Virus record (IMG/VR): IMGVR_UViG_3300029258_001891
DNA from: an uncultured virus (IMG/VR IMGVR_UViG_3300029258_001891)
Taxonomy: Duplodnaviria > Heunggongvirae > Uroviricota > Caudoviricetes
DNA: 64,000 bases
Reading direction: 5' to 3' (one strand)
Position 1 is the first letter of the stretch. Each line of letters starts with the position of its first letter. The notes under the pieces are model-generated. The model worked only from the letters and a program-made list of their open reading frames with translations. It did not search any database and was not told where the DNA came from. Shown in pieces: positions 53,234 to 62,475 of this stretch. A program made the translations under genes and the position numbers.

Positions 53234-53692
53234 ATGGCAAAGGCAAAAGCGAAACCGTTAAGCCTTGTGACGGAAGAGGACAAGAACGTGGCTCTCTACA
53301 AAGCTGAAGTAGAAGGGCTTGAGTATATGGGACTCAAGCAAGCGGACAAGGACAACAAAAAACGCGAAGAAGCAATCAAAAACACATTCATGCCTGTTAT
53401 CAAAGAATTGGGCGAACAGGAAGACGAAAATCATCTTGTCGTCCGATCCGGCTCCGTGAAAATGTCAATCGAAACGCGGGAAAGAGGAGCGTTCAATCCA
53501 GACAAAGCGGAAAGAGTGCTCAAGCATCGTGGCGTTCTCGAAAAGGCGCAGACACGGATAACCATCATCGAAGAAGAGAAGGTTGAAGGGCTGTTCGCGG
53601 ACGGCGATTTGACCGAAGACGACATCGCCAAGATGTACGACACGAAAATGAGCGAAGCCTTTCTTGTGGAGAAAAACGATGCCGAGACGTAA
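53234..53692 (+). CDS. hypothetical protein
   Basis: SD AGGAGAGG; IEEEKVEGLFADGDLTEDDIAKMY. Confidence 0.7.
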   Translation: MAKAKAKPLSLVTEEDKNVALYKAEVEGLEYMGLKQADKDNKKREEAIKNTFMPVIKELGEQEDENHLVVRSGSVKMSIETRERGAFNPDKAERVLKHRGVLEKAQTRITIIEEEKVEGLFADGDLTEDDIAKMYDTKMSEAFLVEKNDAET

Positions 53693-54257
53693 GATCAACC
53701 TGAAGAAGTTCAAGAAGAAAGTGTTGGCATGTACTTTGTGCGGAAAGAAGTTTCACGGAACTCCGCGACTGACAAGTCCAAAGGGTTACTTGGACGCGGA
53801 TACTGTCATGCTCATGCCCGCACCAACTATTCCCGATATGTGCGAAGCCAACATCATGTTTTCATCCAAAGCCCATTGGTTTCTCGATACGCTTTTGGAT
53901 GTCGGTGGGTTCGATGCTAGGCATGAAGGTTTACAAGTCCCGGTCACGTTCTGCATCTCAAAAATGACCGTGACATGCGCCAGGAATTGTTTCGAATTTA
54001 CCAGCCTCTTTTTAACGAAAGCCAAACTGGTAATTGTTTGCGGAAATGACGTGTATAAAGCCTTCTTCAACGACGGGGGAATCCCGGAATTGTTGTATGG
54101 AACCGGCCATAAAGAAGCAGCCTATCCCTATCCTTTTTTCTTCTTTTCCGACTATAGAAAAGTGGACCTGGAAGAAGCCTACGAAAACGACTACTGGCGT
54201 CGTAGGATCGTCAAAGAGATACGGGCATTCAAGTCGTACACGGAACGTAGGAGGTAG
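53679..54257 (+). CDS. degenerate uracil-DNA glycosylase family 4-like protein
   Basis: ACTLCG...PKGYLDADTVML...FC...C..NC...AKLVIVCGNDV; lacks GE(A/G)PG and HP. Confidence 0.55.
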   Translation: MPRRKINLKKFKKKVLACTLCGKKFHGTPRLTSPKGYLDADTVMLMPAPTIPDMCEANIMFSSKAHWFLDTLLDVGGFDARHEGLQVPVTFCISKMTVTCARNCFEFTSLFLTKAKLVIVCGNDVYKAFFNDGGIPELLYGTGHKEAAYPYPFFFFSDYRKVDLEEAYENDYWRRRIVKEIRAFKSYTERRR

Positions 54258-54261
54258 ACCA

Positions 54262-54585
54262 GTGGCACAAGCATTGACAAAGAAAGTCTTCATTGGAGAT
54301 GCGGAAGTTGCTGTATTCTCTCCTAGATACTTGGGGATGAAGTTGCATCGCGGGCCGCAAACGATTCGGAGATGGGAATGGAAGAAAGTTATTCCCAAAC
54401 CGATTCTCAAAACGAAAGACGGCTGGCGCTGGTACACGGAAGGAGAAATTGAAATCTACGAGCGCATAGCCGAAGAGGAACAAGTCAAACCCGGCAAAGG
54501 CTTCGGCGAAACCAAGTTTACAGAGCGTGTCTTTGCAGAAATACAGGCGCTCAAGAAACGTCTGGAGAAGGAGATTAGGGCATGA
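54262..54585 (+). CDS. MerR-like HTH DNA-binding protein
   Basis: LHRGPQTIRRWEWKKVIPKP...GWRWYTEGEI. Confidence 0.8.
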   Translation: MAQALTKKVFIGDAEVAVFSPRYLGMKLHRGPQTIRRWEWKKVIPKPILKTKDGWRWYTEGEIEIYERIAEEEQVKPGKGFGETKFTERVFAEIQALKKRLEKEIRA

Positions 54586-54839
54586 CAGTAAAGAAGAAAC
54601 TGACGAAGAAAAAGGCGGGAAAGATCGTTGAAGTGTTTTTCTCGCAAGATGTGAAGTTGAGCCATGAATACCAGTCGATGGGAACAACGGCAGGAATGAA
54701 AGCCGCCATTGACACGTCGAAAGGAGAATCCGTCAAACAGACCGTCGCGAAGCTGAAGAGAACTGTTGACGAGGTTCTTGAAGTCGAAGTGCCTGACATG
54801 AAGAAAGCGTTGCGTGCACTTGCGAGGCAAATGAGATAA
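54582..54839 (+). CDS. hypothetical protein
   Basis: ATGA coupling; VKLSHEYQS motif. Confidence 0.7.
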   Translation: MTVKKKLTKKKAGKIVEVFFSQDVKLSHEYQSMGTTAGMKAAIDTSKGESVKQTVAKLKRTVDEVLEVEVPDMKKALRALARQMR

Positions 54840-54854
54840 CTTTGGAGAAGGATC

Positions 54855-55466
54855 GTGGAAACCTACATCGCCTTGGTGTGTAGGTGTCCCGGCCTGAGCG
54901 ACGGAGCCAAAGTTACGCTGACGGAAATGCTTTTGCACTTCGACAGAGGAAAACTGCCTTCGTTGAATGAGCTAAAGCGGATAAGGAACACATCTCGATC
55001 AACGATACAAAAGCATTTGAGCGAGTTGGTCGAAATGGGCGTGCTGAGGAAATCCGCCGGGGAAGGAAACCGGGTCGTCTACAAGTTGCGGCTGAAGAAG
55101 TTGTTGAGGTTGAATGGATTGAAGCGAGAGACACAAGTCAAGCCTTGGATTTGGCGCTTTGCGGCTGTCGAATCGAAGAATCCCGATGTCGTGGAGTCTT
55201 TGACTTCAAATCCACGAGATTGGCAACCAAGGGACGCGATGCACTACTTCGATCTTCTAGGTAGGCGAAAGGATCAGAAATGCAAGCGCAAGAAATCGGA
55301 CAACACAAGGCACTTGTCGTTGCTTCGAAAAGTGCTTACGGAGTTCGGGGGGAAGAAAACAAAATTGATGTTGGAGTTCTTTGCCGACAACTTCGTTCGA
55401 ATGAAACAGGAATACGACGCCGAAACATTTTTCAAAATGCGCAGCAACATCTGTCTTCGCCTGTAG
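54855..55466 (+). CDS. winged-HTH replication initiator-like protein
   Basis: LSDGAK...PSLNELKRIRNTSRSTIQKHLSELVEMGVL; upstream of origin-like region and loader. Confidence 0.7.
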   Translation: METYIALVCRCPGLSDGAKVTLTEMLLHFDRGKLPSLNELKRIRNTSRSTIQKHLSELVEMGVLRKSAGEGNRVVYKLRLKKLLRLNGLKRETQVKPWIWRFAAVESKNPDVVESLTSNPRDWQPRDAMHYFDLLGRRKDQKCKRKKSDNTRHLSLLRKVLTEFGGKKTKLMLEFFADNFVRMKQEYDAETFFKMRSNICLRL

Positions 55467-55620
55467 ACCTTCTTGTACTAGTACACTGCATACGCAATAT
55501 AATTATTATAATATGTCTCTATATATCACTCGCTTCGCTCGTGATATATAGAGACACCTATGTTACTATCGTAACAGAGGATGTCATTGAAGTCTTCTTT
55601 TATGCGCGTGCGCGCGTTCT
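55467..55620. other. putative replication origin
   Basis: AT-rich; 16-bp inverted repeat TGTCTCTATATATCAC (55514-55529 / 55541-55556); palindromes GTACTAGTAC and TGTTAC-N4-GTAACA. Confidence 0.55.
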
Positions 55621-55634
55621 TGGGAGGATTCAAC

Positions 55635-56246
55635 ATGGAAGTTGAAATGACCGAAACGCAGTTGCTTCAAATCGGCTTCAGCAAAAAGTTCCTTGGGAAG
55701 TCGTTGAAGAACTTCCTCGGGAATTCAAAAGAACGGAAGGTTGTTCGAAGCTACATGAAGTACATGAAGTCCAAGGCTTCAAAGGGCGAAGGACTTTTGA
55801 TTCAAGGAGCGGATCAAAGCGGAAAGAGCTTGCTTGCAAACTTGATCGGCATGTCTGCTTTGGCTTATGGATTCAAAGTCCAGCTTCTTTCGCTTTCAGA
55901 ACTCACAGCTTTGAAATTCGACACAGGCAACTTCGATGAAACAGCGTTTGATGAAATCCTAGGAATAGATTTTCTCATTATTGATGGATTGAAGCTAGAG
56001 CATCAAGCGGATAAGTATGCTATCAACGATGGAATGGTTGCAGCGTTTTATGACGTGCTGAAATTCAGGGATAAGCAAGTTCTTCCAACAGTCGTAACAA
56101 CGCGAATGACCGATATTGAAATTGAAAAGACTTTTGGAGACAGTGTAATGGGATTGTTAGAAGAAAATTTCATGCCGCTTGATTGCATTCGAGTGGCAAA
56201 GTGGAAACGGAAACGAGTGAGGGATGACGATGGCACTGACGAATGA
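55635..56246 (+). CDS. DnaC/IstB-like AAA+ helicase loader
   Basis: GLLIQGADQSGKSLLA, DFLIIDGL, PTVVTT. Confidence 0.8.
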   Translation: MEVEMTETQLLQIGFSKKFLGKSLKNFLGNSKERKVVRSYMKYMKSKASKGEGLLIQGADQSGKSLLANLIGMSALAYGFKVQLLSLSELTALKFDTGNFDETAFDEILGIDFLIIDGLKLEHQADKYAINDGMVAAFYDVLKFRDKQVLPTVVTTRMTDIEIEKTFGDSVMGLLEENFMPLDCIRVAKWKRKRVRDDDGTDE

Positions 56247-56652
56247 GTCTCTACCGCTTTTCGCGCTCGACGTAGATGTCTTGTTGCTGAAGCCGCCGCC
56301 GAAATGGAAAGTGATGAAACCGTTTGCACGTCCGTTGGACATGGCGAACATAGACGCGGAGTACATGGCGATTCAGTTGAAAAAGGTCGCCGTGGTTTGT
56401 TTGCTTTGTGACTATGAAATCTGGCGGCTTCAGCTCGCGGAGAAAGTGATTGAACCCGCTTGTTACAACTACCTGATTCGAACGTCTTGTAAAGCCGAGT
56501 TCGAAATGTTCAGGGACAGGTTCTTTCCTCACACCATTCACAGCAACATCCCGCAACGACTGTGGAAAGGGGAATACAACGATGTCTACGAGTACCCTGA
56601 AGGGGATTGGCTGTCTGTCTTCAATTCAATACGAGAAGAAATCATCTTTTGA
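56224..56652 (+). CDS. hypothetical protein (HAD-like N-terminus)
   Basis: LFALDVDVLL; in operon. Confidence 0.6.
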   Translation: MTMALTNESLPLFALDVDVLLLKPPPKWKVMKPFARPLDMANIDAEYMAIQLKKVAVVCLLCDYEIWRLQLAEKVIEPACYNYLIRTSCKAEFEMFRDRFFPHTIHSNIPQRLWKGEYNDVYEYPEGDWLSVFNSIREEIIF

Positions 56653-57256
56653 GAAGTTGTGTGATGTTCAAAACAAGTGGCGTCGTTGTATGAAATGCGA
56701 GTTTTCCGCTTACCGGACCAACATGGTTTGGGGGAAAGGAAAACTGGATAGCGGCATCGTCTTGGTTGGCGAAGCGCCGGGGAGAGTGGAAGACGAGGAA
56801 GGCGTCCCGTTTGTCGGGGAGTGTGGAGAAAATCTCGACAACGCGATGCGAAGAGCCAAACTCCGGTACAAGGGAAAGAACTCGAACTGCTTTATAACTA
56901 ATGCGCTCGGATGCCGCCCGTGCAACGACTTCAACCGAGTGAAGAACAGACGACCCACGTCGAAAGAGTTGGAGAATTGCAGGCCACGGCTTCAAAGCAT
57001 CCTGAGGGCCGCGCGTCCTCGACTCGTGATTCTTCTAGGGAACAGCGCGACAGAAAGCGTTTTTGCGCTGACTCACATTCCCGCGAATCTGAAGATCGGC
57101 GGCGTTAGCTTTGTGAAGTCCCTTCATCCTGCCGCCATCATGTACAATCGCGGAAGAGAAGACGAGTGGGAAGCCTTCTGGAAGGCGATGAGGAAAGTGA
57201 TCGTGAACTTCAAGCACAAGAAAACGACAATCCGGTGGAAGCTGCCGTTGGGATAG
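56582..57256 (+). CDS. uracil-DNA glycosylase family 4
   Basis: CMKC, VLVGEAPG..ED..G.PFVG, ITNALGCRP, NRRPT..E..NC, SLHPAA; start uncertain. Confidence 0.9.
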   Translation: MSTSTLKGIGCLSSIQYEKKSSFEKLCDVQNKWRRCMKCEFSAYRTNMVWGKGKLDSGIVLVGEAPGRVEDEEGVPFVGECGENLDNAMRRAKLRYKGKNSNCFITNALGCRPCNDFNRVKNRRPTSKELENCRPRLQSILRAARPRLVILLGNSATESVFALTHIPANLKIGGVSFVKSLHPAAIMYNRGREDEWEAFWKAMRKVIVNFKHKKTTIRWKLPLG

Positions 57257-57267
57257 GAGGAAACCGC

Positions 57268-58542
57268 GTGGCTGTCAACATTGAACGCCTTGTGCTCTCG
57301 CGTTGGCTTCGCGGAAACAAGGCAACGAGAGCGAAGTTTGCTGCGTATGGATTCGTGAGCGACATGTTCCACACGTACACGGCGCATTTCAATTTTCTGC
57401 AAGACTTCGAAGAGAAGTACGGCAAGCCGCCTAGCAAGGCCGCGTTCAAGCGGAAGTTCAAGGACTTCAAGATTGTCACTACGAAGGAAGGGATGGAGTA
57501 TTACTGCGATCAACTAGTCGAGCGTGAGAACCTGATTCGCTTGAAGGAACTCAGCAAAAACATATCGCCTTTGATCGATCAAGGCGATGTATCGAAAGCG
57601 ATTTCCGAATTGCGGATAGGGTTGGAAACAACGGCATTGCACACGTCGTCAAAGGCGCTCGATTGGAAGAAAAAAGGAACGTTGCGCTACAAGAACGCCG
57701 TGGTGCGACGAAGGAAGCAGCTTATGAGCGGAGATGTTTTTGATACACCGTATCCGAAATTGAACAAGTACATCATATCTCTTCGACCTGAAAATCTTAT
57801 CACGATAGCGGCACGTCTCGGCATCGGAAAGAGTTGGCTCTTGTTGAAGTTCGCGCTGCATTACTTTTGGAGCGGGGCGAAGGTGCTGATTATCACAAAG
57901 GAAATGTCCGAACAAGAGTTTGAGGATCGTTTGGACGCGATAGACGCGAGACTAAACTGGACGGATTTCCTGAGTGGTTCCTTGAAGCCCGTCCAGAGAA
58001 AGCGATACAAGAAGCGTTTGCGGGCAAGGAAGAAGTGCAGCGGTGTCATTCAGATCGTCGGGGAAGAAAGTATAGAGGCGCAAGGATTGGACAGCCTTGT
58101 GCGGGAGATCGACAACTTTGGTCCCGATGTTGTTCTCGTGGACGGAATCTATCACTACGAAGTCACGGGCGTTCGGGATGAAGTCCAACGCTTGATAAAG
58201 GTCGTTCGAACAGCGAAGCGCATTGCGAAAGCTAGGAAAGTTCTCTTCCTACAAACCGTTCAGTTGAACCGTCAAGCCGAAGGGAAGAAGAAAGGCGGCG
58301 GCGTGGCAACGCTTTCTTGGTCCGATACCGTGGGACAGGAATCGGACATCGTGTTGGAACTAATCGCGCCTGAAGGAAGAGATAGGCCGTTTAGAGTGCT
58401 CAAGATCATCAAGGGAAGGAACACGCAGTACGGGGAAGTTCACATCAACATGAACATGAAGCCTGTTGACCTTGGCGAAATAGGGGCAGCACGGGGCGGG
58501 AAGAAAGGGAAGATGTTCAAGATGCGCAAAATCATGGAGTGA
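57268..58542 (+). CDS. dnaB: replicative DnaB-like helicase
   Basis: AARLGIGKS, TKEMS, VLVDGIY, QLNR, QESDIV, IKGRN; SD AGGAGG before GTG. Confidence 0.88.
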   Translation: MAVNIERLVLSRWLRGNKATRAKFAAYGFVSDMFHTYTAHFNFLQDFEEKYGKPPSKAAFKRKFKDFKIVTTKEGMEYYCDQLVERENLIRLKELSKNISPLIDQGDVSKAISELRIGLETTALHTSSKALDWKKKGTLRYKNAVVRRRKQLMSGDVFDTPYPKLNKYIISLRPENLITIAARLGIGKSWLLLKFALHYFWSGAKVLIITKEMSEQEFEDRLDAIDARLNWTDFLSGSLKPVQRKRYKKRLRARKKCSGVIQIVGEESIEAQGLDSLVREIDNFGPDVVLVDGIYHYEVTGVRDEVQRLIKVVRTAKRIAKARKVLFLQTVQLNRQAEGKKKGGGVATLSWSDTVGQESDIVLELIAPEGRDRPFRVLKIIKGRNTQYGEVHINMNMKPVDLGEIGAARGGKKGKMFKMRKIME

Positions 58543-58545
58543 GCC

Positions 58546-59367
58546 ATGAACATACGAGTGACGCGGCGTTACAGGAAACGTGACGCGGATGGGTCATATC
58601 TGTTTCCTGGAATCACGTTGAGGAACAAAGTGAATAAGCCTCAGTTCGCGGCGCAGCTTACGGGGGAGATTTTCGAACGCCTGTCTCTTGTGATCGGCGG
58701 AAACCGGTGGAAGCGTCTGACCACGGATTCGGACAACGACCTTTGTCCCGATCTTCTCAACAGCGGCACTAGGACGTATATCGAAAGCAAAGCGGCACAG
58801 AGAAGTCATTGTTTCAAGTTGTCCAGTATGCAATTCGACTTGTACGAAGAACTCGTAAAGGAACATGCTTACGAGGGGGAGAACTATCAGGTGGTGTACT
58901 ACCTGTGGACGTACACGGCTCTCAATTTGGTGAAAGAGTCCAAGAACGTCCGGCACATGATCGAGAGAGTCCTAGCCAGCGTCAAGTGCTTGGACATCAT
59001 TCATTGGACGATCATAGACCGTATTTGCCGAGAGGAGCCGGATACGTGCTATTATCGGGAGTATCAGACTTGGCGCAATGAAAAGGGAGAGGAGTATAAA
59101 GTGATTCAGATCGGACACCGTTTTCTGGAGAAGCTGAGAGACGCGCCTTTTCAAGCGTTTGTGGAGGACTTGTGTTTCGATATAGCAGAATGGGATGAGT
59201 ATGTTGTGAAATCTCCGAATCGTGTTGTGGAAGGTGCTGAAGTTCGATTCGAGGACGTGTCGTTTCCTGTGCATTCGTTTCCTGTGTACTCATACACTAG
59301 GCCGAAGGGATTCAAGGAGTTTCCCGAACTGTTGGCGAAAAAACCGGACGACGTAGCTCCTTTCTGA
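58546..59367 (+). CDS. PD-(D/E)XK nuclease-like protein
   Basis: GEIFE...CPDL...YIESK. Confidence 0.6.
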   Translation: MNIRVTRRYRKRDADGSYLFPGITLRNKVNKPQFAAQLTGEIFERLSLVIGGNRWKRLTTDSDNDLCPDLLNSGTRTYIESKAAQRSHCFKLSSMQFDLYEELVKEHAYEGENYQVVYYLWTYTALNLVKESKNVRHMIERVLASVKCLDIIHWTIIDRICREEPDTCYYREYQTWRNEKGEEYKVIQIGHRFLEKLRDAPFQAFVEDLCFDIAEWDEYVVKSPNRVVEGAEVRFEDVSFPVHSFPVYSYTRPKGFKEFPELLAKKPDDVAPF

Positions 59368-59406
59368 GAAAATACTTTTGTACATAGAAAGGCAGGAGGT
59401 GTTGAG

Positions 59407-59847
59407 ATGAAGAAAAAAACGAAAAAAACGAAAATATGTTTCAAGTGTGGGAAGCGACAAAAGCTGTGTGATTTTTATGCGCACAGAGAAATGCGCGACG
59501 GGTGTGTGAATAAGTGTAAGAAATGTACGAAAAAAGATGTTAAAGCAAACAGACTTAAACGGATTGAGTATTATCGGGCGTTCGATAGAAAACGGGGAAA
59601 TAGACAATCGCCAGATTACGGTAAAAAGTATGTAATACGCTATCCGAATAAGAATAAGGCTACATGCATTGTTTTTCGTGCTATTAAAAATGGGAAGTTA
59701 TCTCGTCAACCGTGTGTAATTTGTGGATCAAAAAAAGTTCATGCACATCACGACGATTACGCTAAACCACTTAACGTAAGATGGCTTTGTGTTGCACACC
59801 ATAGTCAATGGCACGCTAAACATGGGGAAGCCTCTAATTCGTTTTGA
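59407..59847 (+). CDS. HNH endonuclease-like protein
   Basis: CFKC...CKKC...QPCVICG...HAHHDDYAKPLNVRWLCVAHH; AT-richer than flanks. Confidence 0.85.
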   Translation: MKKKTKKTKICFKCGKRQKLCDFYAHREMRDGCVNKCKKCTKKDVKANRLKRIEYYRAFDRKRGNRQSPDYGKKYVIRYPNKNKATCIVFRAIKNGKLSRQPCVICGSKKVHAHHDDYAKPLNVRWLCVAHHSQWHAKHGEASNSF

Positions 59848-59857
59848 GGAGAACGTG

Positions 59858-60811
59858 ATGGAAAGTGACGAACTCATGTTTTTGTTGGACACGTTGAAGA
59901 TCGAGCGGCTGAAGATGACTTCAAGGGGGAACGAGATAACCGGCCTTTGTCCCTTCCATGACGAGCATCGTCCTTCGTTCGGCGTGAGCACGGAGAAACT
60001 GATATTCAATTGCTACGGGTGCAGGGCTTCCGGCACGCTCCTCACGCTCGTAGCTCGACTGAAGAAGTTCACTCTTGAGAAGGCGCTTGAGTTCATAGAG
60101 GACTTTGGTGAGTACGGGATAGAACTCACTGACAGGGAGAATCTTCTTTTCGCGTGCAAAGACAAGAAGCAAATCGAGATCGTCTTGCCTTCGAGATATG
60201 CGCCCTTCACGTCAAGAGAGAATCTCGAACTCGCTCATGCGTACCTTCGGCAGCGTGGGGTGTTGTACCGAAAATCCGGTACACTAACCAAGACTTTTCA
60301 CGAGATTGGCTACGATCTTGAACAGTATCGTGTGATGTTTCCGTGGTATGATTCGGATGGGAATTTCTATGGATGCACTGGAAGATCGATTGTGAACAAA
60401 AGCGGCATCCCACGATACATGCCATACTTCGGGCTGAAGAAAAGCAACCATCTCTTTTTTGGCCACATGAAGTGGCAGAGATACGAACCGTTGGCCTACG
60501 TCATTGTGGAGGGCGAAATCGATGCCATACGAGTGAGTCAGACGTACAAGCAGACCCGGATGTTGGGCGTCGGGTTGGGGAACTGCAAAGTTTCAAAGGC
60601 CCAAGTTAAACAGTTGCGGGAGATCGGTGGACCGTTCGTTGGTGGACTGGACAATGACGAGGACGGCAACGAGGGAACGACGATACTGGAAATGACATTG
60701 GGTAGCTCCTGCCCCCTGAAGCACGTTCGCTGGCCGGAAGAAGACCCTGGCTCTTGCAGCCATCTCCAGATCATTAAAGCCCTCACAAGTTCCAACTGGC
60801 TAGGAGTTTAG
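59858..60811 (+). CDS. dnaG: DnaG-like primase (CHC2 zinc finger + TOPRIM)
   Basis: LCPFHDEHRPSF...FNCYGC; IVEGEIDA; LDNDEDG. Confidence 0.9.
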   Translation: MESDELMFLLDTLKIERLKMTSRGNEITGLCPFHDEHRPSFGVSTEKLIFNCYGCRASGTLLTLVARLKKFTLEKALEFIEDFGEYGIELTDRENLLFACKDKKQIEIVLPSRYAPFTSRENLELAHAYLRQRGVLYRKSGTLTKTFHEIGYDLEQYRVMFPWYDSDGNFYGCTGRSIVNKSGIPRYMPYFGLKKSNHLFFGHMKWQRYEPLAYVIVEGEIDAIRVSQTYKQTRMLGVGLGNCKVSKAQVKQLREIGGPFVGGLDNDEDGNEGTTILEMTLGSSCPLKHVRWPEEDPGSCSHLQIIKALTSSNWLGV

Positions 60812-60892
60812 GAGAATATGTTTTTACTGCTTGCAGCACGCTATCAGTCTGCTATAGTGTGGACTGGCTTACGTCGGCAGGAAGGGGGAAGT

Positions 60893-61081
60893 GTGTCCGC
60901 TTTTATCCGCTACATGGGTCAGTTCAGCAAGGAACAGTTTGCTTTTCTGAAGCGTGAAGCGAAGGAACGGGCCAAACGGGACGGGGGAAGGCCGTCAGTG
61001 GCAAGAACGTTGCGGGAGATTGTCGAGGCATACAGAGAGAAAGGAGCACGCAGTCATGGCAAAAAGGACTCGCCGAAGTAA
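60893..61081 (+). CDS. small ribbon-helix-helix-like protein
   Basis: QFSKEQFAFLKREA...SVARTLREIVEAY; TGcTATAGT extended -10 upstream. Confidence 0.55.
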   Translation: MSAFIRYMGQFSKEQFAFLKREAKERAKRDGGRPSVARTLREIVEAYREKGARSHGKKDSPK

Positions 61082-62024
61082 GAAGTCACGGAAAAAGACG
61101 AAGAAAAAGAAGCGCAAGGCTGCTCGTCCTGTCGAAGATGAAGAGGACGAAGAGGAAGAAGACGACGACGAAGAAGTTGAAGTTGAAGAAGATGAAGAGG
61201 ACGAAGAGGACGAAGAGGAGGAAGACGAAGAAGAGGAAGAGGACGAAGAGGAGGATGAAGAAGACGAGGAGGATGAAGAGGAAGAGGACGAGGATGAGGA
61301 AGACGAAGAAGACGAAGATGAGGAGGATGAGGAAGACGAAGAGGATGAGGATGAGGATGAGGAAAGTGAGGACGAAGACAAGGAAGACGACGATGAAGGT
61401 TGGTATCATCGTGGGAAGAAGGCGGATCGCCGCCTAAAAACACATCAGAAAGAAGTCGCTGCAAGTTTTCGTCCTGTGACCTATCTCACCGAGAAGGAGG
61501 ACAAGAAGACTTTCCGCTTTCGCAGCAACGAACCGATTGCCATGCTGTTCATGCACACGGTTCCGTCTCGCAGCAGAGGGGGAAAGGCTGTCTTTCCGAA
61601 GTACACTTGTTCGGAAAAAGACTCGTGTCTGTTCTGTCAACAGAATATCCCTCGTTCCGTCGTCTTCCTGTACGAAGTCGTTGACTTCACTAAATATCGT
61701 TCGAGAGCGACGAAGAAAGTCGTGAGGATGAATTCGAGATTCTACGAAGTCAACGAAGCGCGGCACAAACAGATTCAGATGATCCGCAAGAAGAAAAAGG
61801 ACAAGCTGCCTCTGTGGCTCGTTGAAGTCAGCCGAACCGGGGAACGGCGGAATGTGGCCTACACTTTCTGGCCGGAAAAGAAGAGTCCGGCAAAGGCCGA
61901 CGAAAAGAAACTGCCGAATCTCACGAAGAGGTTCAAGAAATACTACGCTCCGCTAAAGAGTAAGGAAGCAAAGAAGGTCATTCGTGGCCGTCTGAGCGAA
62001 GGCGCGGAGATGGACGAGGATTAG
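61056..62024 (+). CDS. putative ssDNA-binding protein (gp32-like) with basic N-terminus and long acidic tract
   Basis: FRFRSNEP...MH...YTC...CLFC...VSRTGE...YTF; between primase and polymerase. Confidence 0.65.
   Translation: MAKRTRRSKKSRKKTKKKKRKAARPVEDEEDEEEEDDDEEVEVEEDEEDEEDEEEEDEEEEEDEEEDEEDEEDEEEEDEDEEDEEDEDEEDEEDEEDEDEDEESEDEDKEDDDEGWYHRGKKADRRLKTHQKEVAASFRPVTYLTEKEDKKTFRFRSNEPIAMLFMHTVPSRSRGGKAVFPKYTCSEKDSCLFCQQNIPRSVVFLYEVVDFTKYRSRATKKVVRMNSRFYEVNEARHKQIQMIRKKKKDKLPLWLVEVSRTGERRNVAYTFWPEKKSPAKADEKKLPNLTKRFKKYYAPLKSKEAKKVIRGRLSEGAEMDED
61134..61397 (+). repeat. GAR/GAY low-complexity tract encoding 88 mostly Asp/Glu residues
   Basis: EDEEDEEEEDDDEE...DKEDDDE. Confidence 0.95.
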
Positions 62025-62055
62025 ACATCCTCTCCTACCTAAATGGGGGTGTCTC

Positions 62056-62106
62056 GGGGAACAGGGTGGTTGAGTTGCGAGCCTCTTCCACCCTGTCCCT
62101 ACTTTT
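62056..62106 (+). terminator. hairpin/terminator after the SSB-like gene
   Basis: ACAGGGTGG/CCACCCTGT stem followed by a T-run. Confidence 0.55.
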
Positions 62107-62118
62107 AAGGGAAAAGCG

Positions 62119-62475
62119 ATGGCAAAAAAGATAAAGACGATTCCAGTGTTTCGACTGAGGGAGAAGAAGTTTGATTCTCACGCTTTTCTTCGTGTTTCTA
62201 TTGAGATGTGGCGCAATCGAAGGGAGACGCTGAACGACGGAGAAGCACAACCTGGATATGTTTACATCGGGCGTATGGACGGATTCACTCCGACAACCCT
62301 CAGAAGGTTGAGAAAACACTTGGCCAAGTTGAAAGTAAAGGACGATTCCAATGAGCGAGGAAGAAAAAACGCCGCAAGAGGAGCCGCCGAAGTCATCGGG
62401 GAAAGTCAAGTCAATCGACATTCTCATGGGAGTACCAAACCAAGACGAAGAAGAAAAGGAAAAGCAAAAGTATAG
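62119..62475 (+). CDS. hypothetical basic protein
   Basis: 118-aa ORF; overlaps the next gene. Confidence 0.5.
   Translation: MAKKIKTIPVFRLREKKFDSHAFLRVSIEMWRNRRETLNDGEAQPGYVYIGRMDGFTPTTLRRLRKHLAKLKVKDDSNERGRKNAARGAAEVIGESQVNRHSHGSTKPRRRRKGKAKV

Noticed and set aside
60995..61464. Poly-Ser, Leu/Phe-rich and Pro/Leu-rich ORFs
   Set aside because: Shadow frames of the acidic GAR/GAY tract.
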